Below, piece after piece: positions 1-14,600 of a DNA stretch of 64,000 nt. The stretch comes from Antedon mediterranea (lineage: Eukaryota > Animalia > Echinodermata), in contig NC_092671.1 in assembly GCF_964355755.1 (NCBI RefSeq), positions 1,984,001-2,048,000 on the forward strand. Reading direction: 5' to 3'. Positions within the stretch are counted from its first letter, which is position 1. Each line of letters starts with the position of its first letter. The position numbers and the translations under genes are program-made. The notes beneath the pieces were generated by a model. It saw nothing but the letters and a program-made list of their open reading frames with translations. It made no database searches and was not told the DNA's origin.

Positions 1-1171
1 TATCTTGTACTTTGCTCTATGTTTACTACTGAATATTATTTGTACAGATAAACCGGGCAGGTTTCCAAAGACGGTAAATGACCACCATTTCTTTCCCAAT
101 TGAGCACCATGAGAGAAGCACTAAAGCATTATGAATACAATATACAACCAAATTGATTAGCTAAGCAGGTTGTTAGGACCACATAATACTCAAAACGGGA
201 GTATTGTAAACTAAGAAAGAGCATAATCCATGCCTGGGACAAGCGTAGTATAATTTGGGGATTAACGATCCTTATTTAATATTTTGTAATAATTTGCTTG
301 AAAGGAATTTAAAAATCTAACAATCTAAAACAACGCGATAGATGTGCGTAATAAGGTGGGGCCTATAGCAAGTTATCATAAAACAACACTCAACAAGAGG
401 ACGTTGTTTTACCATGCAGAGAAGTTCCTAGTTTCAATTAATACTTAAAATAATTATATTATATTTTGAAAATGTATGATTTGTTAGATTGTTAGATATT
501 TAAATTGTAGGCCTAATAATTCATTTTAAGCAAATTATAAAAAATTTTAAAATAAAAGAAAGGATCGTACCAAAATGTTTGTGTGTGACGTCAACCATCA
601 ATTTTCGGTAATTTAAATAAACACTAAAGACACAATTAATATATTTTAATTTTATTAAACAAAGAGATAAATACAATCTAGACAAATACAATATATTACT
701 AATTTTATGCGTGACGTAATGTATGTTAAGTTGTCGCCGTAAATAAGTGAGCTACCTATCTTGTTTTGAGGTAGGCCTAATTGGTTAGTTCATCAATGAA
801 GCTTGAGAGAAACAAAATCATTATTTTGACGTATATCATAATTTTGTTTCAACAAAAATGGTTTGGCTTTAATTGATTTCTCAGCAGTATAGGTAGTTCA
901 GTAACCTGTAGCTACCACCTGCAACTAGATAATAATTATTAGCCCATAAACAAGGAGAGGAATGGGAAATGATTCGAATATGAGGTGAAGACGGGATCAG
1001 GCTGTTATTCTTGGGCTTAAATCAGCGTTTCAAAAGCTAGGCCGTCTAACTTCGACGACATAAAACAACAGTGCCTCTTAACTTCTGGGCTGCTGTGTAT
1101 GTAAACAATGCTTAAGCCCATCCAACACTATAGTAGGCTGAGTGATAAGCGTTCATTTTATTGTGACGCAT

Positions 1172-1366
1172 TCATACAGTTAATTCATCCATGGGGTGCA
1201 CTTTTTGGAAACACGGCAATCTGGGTTTGATCCGATTTCGTACTGACTTCTGATAAAAGATGTAAACAAGTGGGTTGATCGTAGGAGTAGAACGAAGAAT
1301 CGTGGATGCGATGTAGTTAGCAGTTTCCGATGGCCAGACTGACGCTCGGTTACAGATAATACGCAC
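1172..1366 (-). CDS. Class A GPCR, prostanoid-receptor-like, coding exon 2 (TM7, helix 8, stop)
   Basis: Acceptor TTTTCCGCAG| at 1368-1367, phase 0. Encodes VRIICNR...INPLVYIFYQKSVR (NPxxY). Joined protein is ~323 aa. Confidence 0.85.
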   Translation of the reverse strand: MRIICNRASVWPSETANYIASTILRSTPTINPLVYIFYQKSVRNRIKPRLPCFQKVHPMDELTV

Positions 1367-1599
1367 CTGCGGAAAATATAACAATCACACACTATTGAAC
1401 CATCAAAATCAACAAAAGTAATATAAATAAGACATTACAAATGTATCAGTTACAGTACGGTGAAATAACGACAACGTTATGTAATAAGCTTGGTACTAGG
1501 ACGTTACGTACACAACGTAGCGAGACGTACGCAAAACGCAGCGACGTACGCAAAACGCAATTACTTTTTTTCGATCACAGTGATGAGTAAAATCAGTTA

Positions 1600-1975
1600 A
1601 GCTTGGTTCCCACTAGAACGTAACGCAAGGACGTAAACGCAACGCAAGCGTTTTAACCAATGACCAGCGAAGTTATAGACAGTTAGCAACCACAAGCGAA
1701 TAAGCCATCGCTTGTGATTGGTCAATTCACTTGCGTTGCGTTGCGTCCTTGTGTTGCGTCGCTAGTGGGAACCACGCTTAAAGCTTGGTTCCCACTAGCG
1801 ACGCAATCTACGCAACGTAAGCAAATGCCCTTCTAATAATTGTGTTTGGCCCCGTCTGCGTGAAATCAAACCTACGATGTTTGCAGCACTATTGCGTCGT
1901 CGGTTCCCACTTGTGATTACGCAATGCAACACTTTGCGTCAATACGTTGCTGCGTTGCCTTCTAGTGGGAACCAC
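1600..1975. mobile_element. Two adjacent Harbinger-type MITEs (1600-1778, 1782-~1975)
   Basis: TIR AGCTTGGTTCCCACTAG, TTA/TAA flanks. Related copies at 6093-6533, ~53405-53535 and ~59066-59198. Confidence 0.75.
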
Positions 1976-3305
1976 TAATTATGGATACCAAGCATTACGT
2001 TACGTTTACGTCGCTCCTAGGTCGTTTTCTAATAGGCGCCAGTGAATTGACCAATCACAAGCACTATTCTGATGATGTATTGCTGGTCGAATTATAGGTT
2101 GGAGGCAAAACAAACCTTAACCTTTTAAAATTTAATAACGTTTTTATTATAACGACATGGCACGAATTAATATAAGAATTTTTATATAAAAGTAGCTTAT
2201 ATGTAAATCAATATTTTTTATATCTTTTTCTTTGCTCGTACCATTTTTAGATTTTTACCGGTCTTTGTAATACAATATTTTCAGACTTGTTTCAGAACCG
2301 TTTCTTTTGACTTTTGTGAAATGATCATTTTTGTTCGATGTGATAACTTTCATCAAAATGGGCTATTAAAAGTCTGATTTTATAATCTTTAGTTTTCACA
2401 CATCTTTAAACCGATTTTTAAAATTCTTTGATATTCCATGTTTAATGTCTAAATCGTAGAGGTCTTCATCTCCATGATTATAATTATGGAGACTAGGAAC
2501 ATGTTATTGTTACCATGATTACAGTCTTAGCGGAATGTTACGATTTCACCGAGAATCATGCAGGAAATTAGGGATGTCATCCTATTCAATTCTGTTATTG
2601 ACACGACGGAATGATATAGATTTCCTCAATAATAACACGTATGAGAATCTTTGCTATATGACTATTTTAATGCAAACATTTTGCGGATTTGAAATGTGCT
2701 TTTAATAGGACTTTACCGCCAAAGGGAATAATAATAATACACGTTTGTATGAACTGGAAACGTATTTTTTTCTTCCCAGAATGGGGCATTTGGGCATAAA
2801 TAACAAAGAGATAGATCTAACAAGTGTTTCAAAATAATGTCGAGTGTTCAGAATACGAAAAAACGGCAAGGATTCGCCATCATGTGTTTTAAAAAGCAGG
2901 ACTTGTTACCGTTAAATTAGTCTGTATTCATTGTCTTTTTTATGTTGGCGTTTCCATATTTATCTTTTTGCTAATATTAATTAATACCTAAAACAATGAA
3001 GGCGTGTCAAGCACAAAATAGTAAAGGGAATGTGTGTGTAAACAATGAAGGCGTGTCAAGCACAACATAGTAAAGGGAATGTGTGTGTAAAGATGACCGC
3101 AAAGCATCATACCGCAATTATGATTCGATAAATATTACTAATTAGCTAGTAAATATTTATAAGACAGAATTTTATTTATCTTTTTGAGAGTTGGGAAGGA
3201 AGGGGTAAAAGGGGGGCGGGGAGGGCGGGGGGTTGGTTACAAAATCGTCATGACAACATCATTGTTGATAAAGATGCCATAAATATGACCAATATCTATA
3301 AGTAC

Positions 3306-4082
3306 CTGATATGGTATACTTGTGACGGCAAGAACAATAGTAATGACAACCAACAAGTAACTAAAACTGGCATGAATGCCTTTCACCATGTCCTTCTGTT
3401 TCAGGTAGCCCTGTAAGTTCCTTGGACACGATGACACCAAACGTTCACGAAGAATCCTTAAACAACGAATAACAGTTATGTTACAAACAGTTAATATAAT
3501 AAGCATAGTCGCTAGTTCACACAGCGTCCAACCGTCGTATAATATCCGTACATCTGAGGCACCGTTCGAAAAATTCGGCCGATAGATCGGTTTATTAACA
3601 CTGGTATAATGATCTATGTCCGACATTAGCCGGATGCTAGCAAACAATAGTGAATATATTGAGCATACTAGAAATAGTTTGATTAAGCAAGTGTTCGAGT
3701 TGTACTTCTCGTAGAAAAATGGTGTTTGTATAGCTAAAAAACGTTCGATTCCCGCCGCTACAACAAGAAGATGCGATAACCGCTCAAAAAATGTTTCCAC
3801 AAAAATAAAATATGTGTAACCTCCTAATTCGTTTGATGATGTTTTTGACGTGTGTAAAATAAACCATCCTATTCCAGCGAATATCACCCAGCAACCGTCA
3901 CAAATTGCTAAGGATAGGGCCATAACCATTGGCGTTTTCGAATTGACAGAGTGTCTAAAAAGGTGCCTAGCGAGAAGAATAATCCAAATAGTGTTACATA
4001 AAATACCAAAACTTAGCATTATAGGTGATATAACAGCGTCTATATCCAACAAAACATCGCTCTTTGAACCGTTTCCACTCAT
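3306..4082 (-). CDS. Class A GPCR, prostanoid-receptor-like, coding exon 1 (TM1 to end of TM6)
   Basis: ORF 3237..4082 has six hydrophobic segments, LAICD (TM2) and ERFLAIQTPFFY (TM3/ICL2, resembling prostanoid receptor ERxLAIxxPxFY). Donor CAG|GTACT at 3305-3304 after PYQ, phase 0; 259 codons. Confidence 0.85.
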
Positions 4083-4979
4083 GGCTGTTTCGCGATATCG
4101 TCATACACTACTTTCACTACAGTCTACAGTGCATTCAATAGCTTACGCTACTCTAGTAAGGAATGTTGCATTGTTGCAAGAGGATAATCGTACACGGCTT
4201 AATTGAGACGAAATTATGGCCCACCACCCGGACCTTGAAAGTCTTCTTGAGTATCTGGCTGCTCCTCGTCGTCGGCAAGCCAACTAACTACTCCATGTCA
4301 GACTGCGCATGTTTGTTTTTCTATGAATCTCTCATTAGTAACAATTTAATTTCTACGTAGCACGCCATAGTTTCTCGTTGATATCATAATTGCATGTATT
4401 CTTCGTACCAATTAGACGCAAAATGCATTATAGATACAACTTCACAAACCTCTCAAGACTTCAATGATATTTACGACAAAATAAATTATTTCCACTGCGC
4501 GATAAACTCGATTTGTATTTCCATGTGAAACATAACAAACAAACAAACAAACAAACAAACAAGACACTGTTCACACAGTATTATTAATCACTTGTTTTAT
4601 TATAATATTTATTATTCATTCAATATTCACCACGAAGAAAATAGCAGCAGAAGACAGCGTATAAAGAAATTCAAATATGATATAAATTCATAAATTTAAT
4701 TATTATTAACACTAAATCTGAAATGTAGACATTTCTGTGTATTTCTTTATGCTAAAACGGATACAAAATACACTGTGTTATAATTTCTTTAGAAAATTAT
4801 TTGTCCTTAGTCAAGAAAATATCAATAATTAGTTACCGTTATTTACAAGCCTAGATACTATATCAAGCTCACGTATTGACATTCGGTTACCAAAATACGC
4901 CAGTGACATTTAAAAGAACTACAATTTTACGCGCACTTTAAAAGTCTGATACAATATTATACGCCTGTGAGCTATAGAA

Positions 4980-5430
4980 GTTGCGCGCGTTCAAAAGCTG
5001 ATGAATGTCAGTAACATAACAGAAAACATAAATTCTGAAGCGCGCGTTTAAATGGCGATGAATCGTCAGTGACATTGCGGAAATCAATTTGACGCGCGCG
5101 TTCAAATGATGTTGAGTCGTCAGTGACATCGCGGATATAAATTTGACGCGCGCGCTTAAATGGTGATAAATCGTCAGTGACATTGCGGAGATCAATTTGA
5201 CGCGCGCGTTCATTTGCTGTTGAGTCGTCAGTGACATCGCGGATATCAATTTGACGCGAGCGTTCAAATGCTGTTGAATCGTCAGTGAAATCACGGAAAA
5301 CCTCAATTTTGAAGCGTACGTTTAAATTATGTAATGATGAATCGTCAGTGACATCACTAAAGTCAATTCGAAACGCGCGTTCAAATACTGGCGAGTCGTC
5401 AGTGACATTACGGAAAAACGCACGCGTCAA
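4980..5430. repeat. Degenerate 54-bp tandem repeat, ~8 copies
   Basis: GAATCGTCAGTGACATTGCGGAAATCAATTTGACGCGCGCGTTCAAATG... Confidence 0.88.
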
Positions 5431-7400
5431 ACAGGATCTCTTTGTGACAATTTTTTCGTAGCTAAATATTAAAATATTCGCCGAATTCGCGTAAAAATAC
5501 GTAAAAAACAATCTATGGTGAACTTGAGAAAGTATCTTGAAGAAGGGATATTGACATTTTTGTTGTAATTATGTCTTTTACATGTTTATTTAATTCATGT
5601 AACTTGTAACTTATATCCACATGGATTTGCAGCCGCTTCTTTTGTAAATTGCAATTATTTTGTCAATAAATGTCAAAAACACTTTATCATGTACATTATG
5701 ACGTCATACGCCATGAACAAAAGTGTTTGGTTTGTTATTAATTTAACAAAGAAACTAGTTTCTGTCTATTTTAGTGATATGAAAATATTTCCTAGAATAC
5801 TAAATAAAAATTCATGACATTAAATAAGTGTATATATCATATAAATAAATAAAATGCCTATAATTAAATAAATAAATGTTATATTACATTCGATAGGCCT
5901 ATTCAATATAAATTCGATATGAAAAGAAATTAAAATTCCGACTTAATTTCAAAATGCAGCAACATCATTTTTGTTCAAAAACACATAAATATAGGCAGTT
6001 TTACAAAAAGTCTTACATCAATATCGAAGTACATTATAACTGAAGCAGAGCTTAGCCAGTATGCTATTTGTGAGATTCTGTGTTTCGTATTAAGCTTGGT
6101 TTCCACTAGGAAGCAACGCAATCGAAAATTAATTTACCAATCACAGCACGATGGATCATCCTAGTGTGAACGATGCTTTATGAGACTATTTGCACGTTTC
6201 GAAATACACTGGAGGACTAACCCTGTTTTCCATTGAATTTATTCACGAAAATTGAAAGAAAGGTTTTTTATCCAATTTTTGTTATGCCAAAAGTGTACAA
6301 CCAATCAGAGCTTAGGGTTGGAATTTATCAAAATTAAGGCAGGGTGTTGTTCGTCTTAGATTTAAGACAAAATTAAGCAAATATTTTTGCTTAGTATTAT
6401 TAATAAATCCGACTTAAGCAAAATCAGGGATTTAAGGCAAAGTTAAGACGATTTTTTTGCTAAGCAAGTTTGCTAAATCCGGCCCAGGAATGTTGGAATC
6501 GTGCGAATTAATCCGCCTAGTGGAAACCCGGCTTCAGGATTGTTTAATATTAGCCCAGTCAATCTACGACGCAATTTAACCCCTATTAAGGGGACATCGG
6601 GGGACTAACAAGTCTAACTAAGAAAGTGTTACTTTAAAATGGGTGTCGAAAAAGTGTTGCCCATAATGCTAAAACACACACCACGTATATAGTTCTGAAA
6701 AGAACAGTTTTCATAACTATATAGATGGTGCATCGCAAACTTTATATCAACATATTGATTTCGCCATGCAAACCTTCAAACAATAATACAAGAGAATACA
6801 AAGTTTGTCCTTAGATATGGATTAATACAAGTAATATTGTTTGTCCATAACGAAATTGTATAATAGTACATACTTGTGTACATCAAGGTAAATACAAATG
6901 TCGGTTTAAATATGTAGAGACGTTTAAATATTATTTAATTAATAGTAAAATAATCAATTAACAAGGTCTGAATAAAAATCACATCATTATAAACACATCC
7001 AGTGTGCAGTTATACTCTTTTCAATCTTTTTTTAAATATTTTTTTTTAGTTCTTAGTCCTTTGGTGATTTATATAATGCAATATAATGTAATTAATTAAT
7101 TTTGTATTTATATGAATAATAGTAATTAAGTATTATTCATAAAGTTGAATATGAAACATAGATCTTCATTTTCAGATGTTTGGCTTCTTTTCTGGCTTCC
7201 ACTTAAACAATAAGCTAACCTTGCTTCTTCCGCAGTTAGATAATATATTTGTAGATATCATGATTCACTAATGTACAATACACACAGGAGTGTGAATTGG
7301 CCCAAACATACAGTATTCTATAACAGTACTTTACACTGTAAATAACATGACAAAATAAGATAAAATACAATGACTACTAAATAAATTGTACGTATAAGCC

Positions 7401-8629
7401 TCATATATACATTTGCCATCCTGTAGTGCTGTCCTCATGTAATGGCCACTCACTTTCATGGTTCCTGCTGCCAGCAGAATAAACTCTTGCCCTCGAGGTC
7501 ATCTGGATGTCAACGTCTGACACATCCTCCCCTGTATTTGAAGGCAATTCCTTTGCTGTGTCCAAGATACTTTGATACCTACGACTTTCGTTTGCCTGAG
7601 CAATACGTTGTTCTTTAATCTGCTCATCCGACATCTTTTGCCAGACATCCTCATTCTTTTTCGGATGTTTTTGTTCAGTATCTGGATAAAGAGAGGAAGT
7701 TATTTTTCTGCAAACTTTAGGAGATCGTTTTGGCGAGCTAGGCCACGAAGCAGAACTCTCTGTATCATCTCGTAGCTTCCAAGGTGAATTATCATCTTTT
7801 ACTTTACTATAGGACGGATTAAACACATCAGTTTCACTGCTGGTTGACTTCTTCTTCCACAATCTTGCTTGCGGTTTTGTCGCTATGACATCATCATTGC
7901 ACTTGAAACTAAGTTTCTCTTCGTAAAGTTTTCTACATCCATCTTCAGACTCTCCTTCGGACTTGCTTCCAGTTTTCGGAATTTTTGAAGGTTTTCTTTC
8001 TTTTTTCCGTGCACCGAGTTCTTTTTTCTGTCCATTTTGATGTTCTGCCACAAGTTCCGTAACCTGTCCTTGAACCTTTTTCATTTCTTCTCGTATTCGT
8101 TCAAACTCAGATTCCAATTCGTGGCAGAGATCTAAATTGACCTTTGACATTTTCTCAGACCTGTTGTCACCTGAAGCACTCGTGGAATGTGGAGTGCGTA
8201 CTTGTGCGTGCATCGATCTAGGCCTGTAGGAATGTGAAGCGTTCTCTTTACTTTTCTTGGTTGATTTTAAAGACTTTGTTTGGTGATCTCCTTTAGACGT
8301 TCTGCTACTCTCTGAACTTTTAACATGTCCACGACTTCGTTCCTTATTTCTTTTAGAATCCAGAGAAGAATAAGACGGATCTGAATTACTCCTTCTTTTT
8401 TCATGTTGACCTGTTATTTCTCTTTTTTTACAATCTCTTTTGGCTAGAGTTGATTCTAATTTACTGCTCTCCTTAAACAGTTTATCAAAGTCTATGTCCA
8501 TTGACATATCGGTATCTGCAACATTTGACATCTTCTTACTCTTAGATGATAAAGGATTATTAGACGCCAATTTGTCAAATTTAGTCTGAGCAAGCTCGAA
8601 GTCTAATTGAAATACCTCATTTGTAGCAT
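7401..8629 (-). CDS. ANKIB1: ANKIB1 terminal coding exon, ~410 aa K/S/E-rich disordered tail
   Basis: TTTTTTTTTAG acceptor at 8631-8630, phase 1, in frame with ORF 7401..8570; TGA at 7403-7401. Linked to ANKIB1 by strand and phase, not by homology. Confidence 0.75.
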
Positions 8630-11600
8630 CTAAAAAAAAATGAAGATATCATCACAAAGAAAACTTTACGGTGAAATTTTAGTTACATTGAAAATAAATT
8701 GATATGGATTGTGTCAGAATTACTCTACTTACTGCAGTAACTAAATATTTCTGCCGAAATAACATTTGATATTATTTCGTTTCAATGTAGAACCTAATAA
8801 GGCAGTTATTGCAACAAACGTTGTTTATATTTACCTTAAAAATTACTGCAGTAGAATGATTTCGAAAATAATTGTTTCATAATATCCAAATCAAATACGT
8901 AATAATTGTAGTTCTAATTCTTAAGAATTTTAGTTATAATTCTTGTTTTTTTTTAGATAAATAAATTAAATGAATTTTATTTATATTTCTATATAATTAT
9001 GTATAAATATTGGATTTCAAATAACACCATATTTTTTTATTTTATTTTATTCATTTCGGCAATAAACATAAAATAATAATTACAAAAAACATAAATATAT
9101 ATATATATATATGAAAAACAAGACACGAGGCCGAGGAAAGACAAAAGCATTAAACAAACGCTGTCACCGGTAAGGTGTGTCTCTCCAACACATAAATAAC
9201 AAATAACAAGAATATATACAAATATAGTAGACATATCATTTCATTTAAAAATTTAAAAAGTTTCTCTCCGAGATTTAAAATATAGCTTTAGAGATAATTT
9301 AAAATTAATAAAAGAACCATTAACAAAAATATCACGAATCTGATTGGGTATGGAATTCCAAGTTCTAGTGAATCTGGTCGGGATGCAAAATTTTGACATA
9401 TCATTACTGGAGCGAAGATGCTTGAAAGTGAGAGTATCATGACGATTATTAACTATGAGTAAATTATAAATAATAGATCTTTGATGATAAAGTAAAACAT
9501 TGCAAACAAATAGAACAGTATAACAATCTCTAATAGCGATTGTAGATGGGATATCAAGAGTGTCTAGTCTCCCCTCATATGACTGTTCCTGACGACGTTG
9601 ATGTAAGATCAACCGGGTGGCCCATCTCTGGATTTGCTCAATCATTTGAATTTGACATATGCGATAAGGGTACCACACCTCGCAACAGTACTTTATATGA
9701 GGGAGGACTAGACACTGGTATAATTTTAAAAGAACGGGTGTAGAACAACCACCAGCAATTGCTCTAACAAGACCCAGTGTTCTATTACACTTATTTACAA
9801 CCTCATGGACTTGTTTAGACCATGACAAATCATCGGATATGTACACACCAAGAATTTTCAGATGTTTAACATGTGCAATAACCTGATCGTTAAGTACATA
9901 GTCATTAGAAGATGGAGCTCTCCTTCTATCGATAGACAAGATGTTACATTTAGTAGGGTTTAAAATAAGTTTGTTTAAAATTGACCATTCAGAGATTTTG
10001 TACACATATATGTAAAAAAATGTAAATCAAATATGAAAATAACATAATGAACATTCTTCATAATGTATTTAAATGAATTTATAAATTAAAAATCAAAGAT
10101 TTCACTTTCAAATTACCTAAATTTATATATATTGTGTAAATATTTGACTTGATATAGAAGCACCTGTTTCATTTCACAGACAAAAAATCAATAAAAGGAA
10201 ATAGCAGACCTCCCAGAGATATTCAAACGAAACAGACAGAATCTTAATGGATGGACTGTTTATTTTAAATAATTAAAAATGAATTAGTCACAACATAATG
10301 GGTAATTTAATGTGTCTATATTTATGTAGATAATGAACAGTTAGCTAGTTACTTATTGATGCTTAAGATGGGGACAATGACAAGGTGTGTTTGGTGTTCT
10401 ATATTTAGAATTCTTTGTGTCTATATTTAGATAATGAGCAAAGTTTAATTAGTTACTTCTTGAAGCTTAAGTTGGGCACAATGAAAATGTGTGTTTGGTA
10501 TTCTATATTTAGAATTCTATGACACACCTTCAGAATGGGTAAGGCTAATTCTATTCATGAATCACTTGCATAATAATTCTATTTAGAACACTTCCTTAAA
10601 ATATACCAAAGTTTTTTGTGCTGGGAGATTCTGTGAAACACATTTAAATCTTTGAAGTATTTTTAGATTTTATTTGTTGGTTGCTAAGTAAGGTTTTACT
10701 ACAGATGTATAGTGACTGGCGCCTTGCTGCCAGTAAGGCCTGGTAGGTCTAATGAAGCATGTAACATACAATACAATAATCAATAATTATACAATTTACC
10801 TTTTGAATCTGGTTCTGCTAAATGTTCGTTTGTTTGTTTTGTCTTTTTTTCATATGCGTCATGGCTGGACACAATATCTACAATACAAAACATGTAATTA
10901 GCAGTTGCATTTTTCTAGGAAACATACCAGCGCAGAATGATTCTCAAATGTAGTTTAAATCATTATCAGTACCATTCTGATACTCAATGATTCATACTGG
11001 GTATGAATGCGTGCAGTAGTAAACATTGTTTAAAAAAACGTTTAAAAGCTTGTTTTCTCTGATAACATATATACACAAAATAATAAAGACAGTCACTAAC
11101 AGTATATATAATATTACAAACATTTTTTGAAGGATTGTTTCATTATTAAAAAATTTAACTAATGGTTGAATACATTGATTACAAATGGTATGATGGTAAA
11201 ACCTTAGTGTCCTCGCTATTACTATAATATATTCAACATATTAACAGTGGCAGATAAAGGGGAATGGCGGAAAAATGGTCAAATTGCAGTTATAGGATTC
11301 ATCTCATCACACATCCCCTGCCTCACTTGGATCTGCCATTGGGTGTGTATTGAACTATGACCTCCCACAAGTCTTCCCCTTTCCCACTTGGATCTGCGAA
11401 TGGATGTGTATCAAACTACAATCTCTCTTACCTTCGTCAACTAGTTCTTTCATTTCAGGAGGTACTGCCTGATCTGATTGAAAACTGAAAGATATTAAAT
11501 ATGAAACAATTATTTATCAGAAAGAACTTGCAAACATCCTAGATTTGCTAAAAGTTACACAAAAAAAAAAGGAAAAAAAAAGGAACTTTAGTTTGTAGGC

Positions 11601-14600
11601 AGAGTGGAAAAGTAAACAAACAATAGTTTTCGTTTCTATTTTATTGGTTGCTCTGTCTTTGTTGTATTGTATTAATGCTGTGGGGCGCGGTAGCATAGGA
11701 CTTCTGACCGCGACCTACGCTCGTCGCATTGCTTTGAGCATTAAGCGCTATACAAGATTAACATTATTATTTTATTACTAATATTAGAAACTATAAGACA
11801 TTTGAATTTATCAGTTAATGCGTGAAGTTTTAATTAAGCAAAGTGACAATAATTTCCAACACCACACTAACAACAGATACTTTGATTTGATATCTCATTG
11901 CATTGATCTTACTTACATGGTGATAGACTATGAATATAAAGAAAGTGAATTTCATATACAATTTTAATCTAAAATCATAGATTTATTAATTTTAAAAAAC
12001 AAAAACAATTTTACAAAATTACATTTTAAAAATCTTATATTTACACATTTTATTTAGCTTTATTATTTATTTTGCATTACTTATTATTATATATTTATTT
12101 TTAAAAGATTTATTTGAATATCTATCTTTGTTTTGGATTTCCCCCTCCCCCTCCCCCTTCTCTTTATGGCATTTTATTCACCTACTTATTTCATTTTTCA
12201 ACAGTCTTCATTCTTTGTCAAGCTTATTTTATTTTCAAATTTGTAATTTCTTTTTTCTTGTTATTCCTTTTTTGGACGTAAATAAATATGAATTTAAATT
12301 AATTAATAGGAAACTAGAAATTATTAATTAAATTTAGATATTAGAACCATTATTTTATGACTATTGTAACTCTTCTACACAAATCTCATATAAGCTTTAG
12401 CACATCCAGCTTTATTAAGATAGAATATCAATAGCTTTTACTATATTAATGATTAAGTGCCAATTCCTTATACTGTACTACATCTAGTTCAAACTCATTT
12501 AACCTTTTTGTAATAACCTGCTCTGGATGAGATGATTCTTTGTCAAATCTAAGCCAGGTTGAAATACAAAATACATTCTATTTGTTGTCTTGTTCAAGAT
12601 AAGTAAACAAATTGTTTTGTTAATGACTGATTATTGAAAATGTTTTTTTTAAATGCTAGAGATAAATTGTAGCATATCAATCATTAGCAATTCAAGTAAT
12701 AGAAGTTATTTAATGAATTTGCCAACAGCTAGGCCGCATTAATCTCTGAGAAATGTTATACATACACCATTACTTACAATATAAATTTAAAAACTTGCAG
12801 AAGACAAAGTTCATGTGTAAAAAAAATAGGATCCAGTCAGTCGTCAGGGGACAAATTTAAAAAAAAAAACCTTGTGGAAGCCAAGGTTCATGTGTAATAA
12901 AAAATTAGGATCCAGTTCCCAGTCAGAGGAAAAAAATGTCAAAAATAGATGTTCGCAAGTGCTCAAAGCAGTTAAAGCCCCATTCCCTACGTTTTTTAGA
13001 TCTAATTTAAGATCACAAACTATATTTAATGTAAAAATAATACTATATGGTCCTATTGCGATAACTTTTTTCGTCTTTAAACGGTTAAAAATGTGAAAAA
13101 TAAGTCGATTCTAATAATTATAGCGGCCTGCTATAAATCCCAAAATGCATTGCGCGCGGATTGATATTTTTGTTTTTCACCTGTAATTCGCCCACTTTTC
13201 GATCGATCGTGAGGCCAAAACAAATGGAAGACTCCTAACTTTTCAGCGAAAATACCGGGTTTTCCCCAATTTGTATCAACGGAGTCTGGCAAAAATAGAA
13301 AGACAATTAATGCAGCAACTATACAACGTCAGGCTAGGTATATAGCTCGCATACGATGTTCGTACGTTACCGATGTTTACCAGCTAGGCCTACAAAACTA
13401 AGCCTAGCTAGGCTAGGCCTAAGACCGTCCACGAGAGGTCGATCGCCGCGAGCTACTTAGGTAGTGCATTGTTTCTCACTTTTTATCATAATTTACCATA
13501 AAATGTACATTTAAGACAAGGAATGACATGGTTTAATGTTTTTAAAGTGATATATATGTATTATTTTCCAAAAAACGTCCAAAATTGCAGGGAAAGGGTC
13601 TTTAAGACAGCTGTAATCCTGCTCCATAATATTGGCAAGGGTTCGATTCTCGAGACCAAAACAGTAGACTCAGTGCACACAAAATATTTGTTTTACTTTA
13701 AAGTACCTAGTACATCTTTCAAGACAAGTAGGCAGTTACCCTGGTGTGTTGGCTCACTCAGCTCTTGGACAGATAAAAGAGTGCCTGAATTAGCAGTACT
13801 GACATGATGTGACCCTTAGATGAGAAATGTAGTTAGATAGTGTAACATCTAAGTCCACAACGCCATGAGCAATGATCGGTATGGTATGGCGCTATACAAA
13901 CGGACATTATCGTGTGTTAGGGTCCCCGGAGTAGAGTTGTTTAACAAAAGAGAAGAAAATTGATCATGTAATTATAATTAGATTAGATCAGAATTGATTA
14001 ATATTTACCTTGAAGTGATGCCCTCCGTTTGCTGCATCAACAGCTGCTGGGAAAGCTCAAAAGCTCGCAACAAACCTTCACTTATTCCTGATGAATCTAT
14101 AAATAGTAACATTAGCCATGTCATTAGAATATATAAATAGTAACATGAACATTAGGCGTGTCAATAGAATCTATAAATAGTAACATTAGTCATGTCATTA
14201 GAATCTATAAATAGTATCATGAACATTAGCTATGTCAATAGAATCTATAAATAGTAACATGAACATTAGAATCTATAAATAGTAACATGAACATTAGCCT
14301 TGTCAATAGAATCTATAAATAGTAACATGAACATTAGAATCTTATGAACATTAGCCATGTCAATAGAATCTATAAATAGTAACATTAGCCATGTCAATAG
14401 AATCTATAAATAGTAACATGAACATTAGCCATGTCATTAGAATCTATAAATAGTAACATGAACATTAGCCATGTCAATAGAATCTATAAATAGTAAACAT
14501 GAACATTAGCCATGTCAATAGAATCTATAAATAGTAACATGAACATTAGCCATGTCAATAGAATCTATAAATAGTAACATGAACATTAGCCATGTCAATA

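Noticed and set aside
3237-3305. C-terminal 22 codons of the 281-aa ORF as TM7
   Set aside because: Intron read-through; the real TM7 with NPxxY is in exon 1172-1366.
4938-5511. Two overlapping repetitive ORFs
   Set aside because: Translation of a 54-bp tandem repeat in two frames.
13523-13807. 94-aa ORF sharing its N-terminus with ORF 21520..21783
   Set aside because: The shared part is the MITE end, reading out into unrelated flanks.
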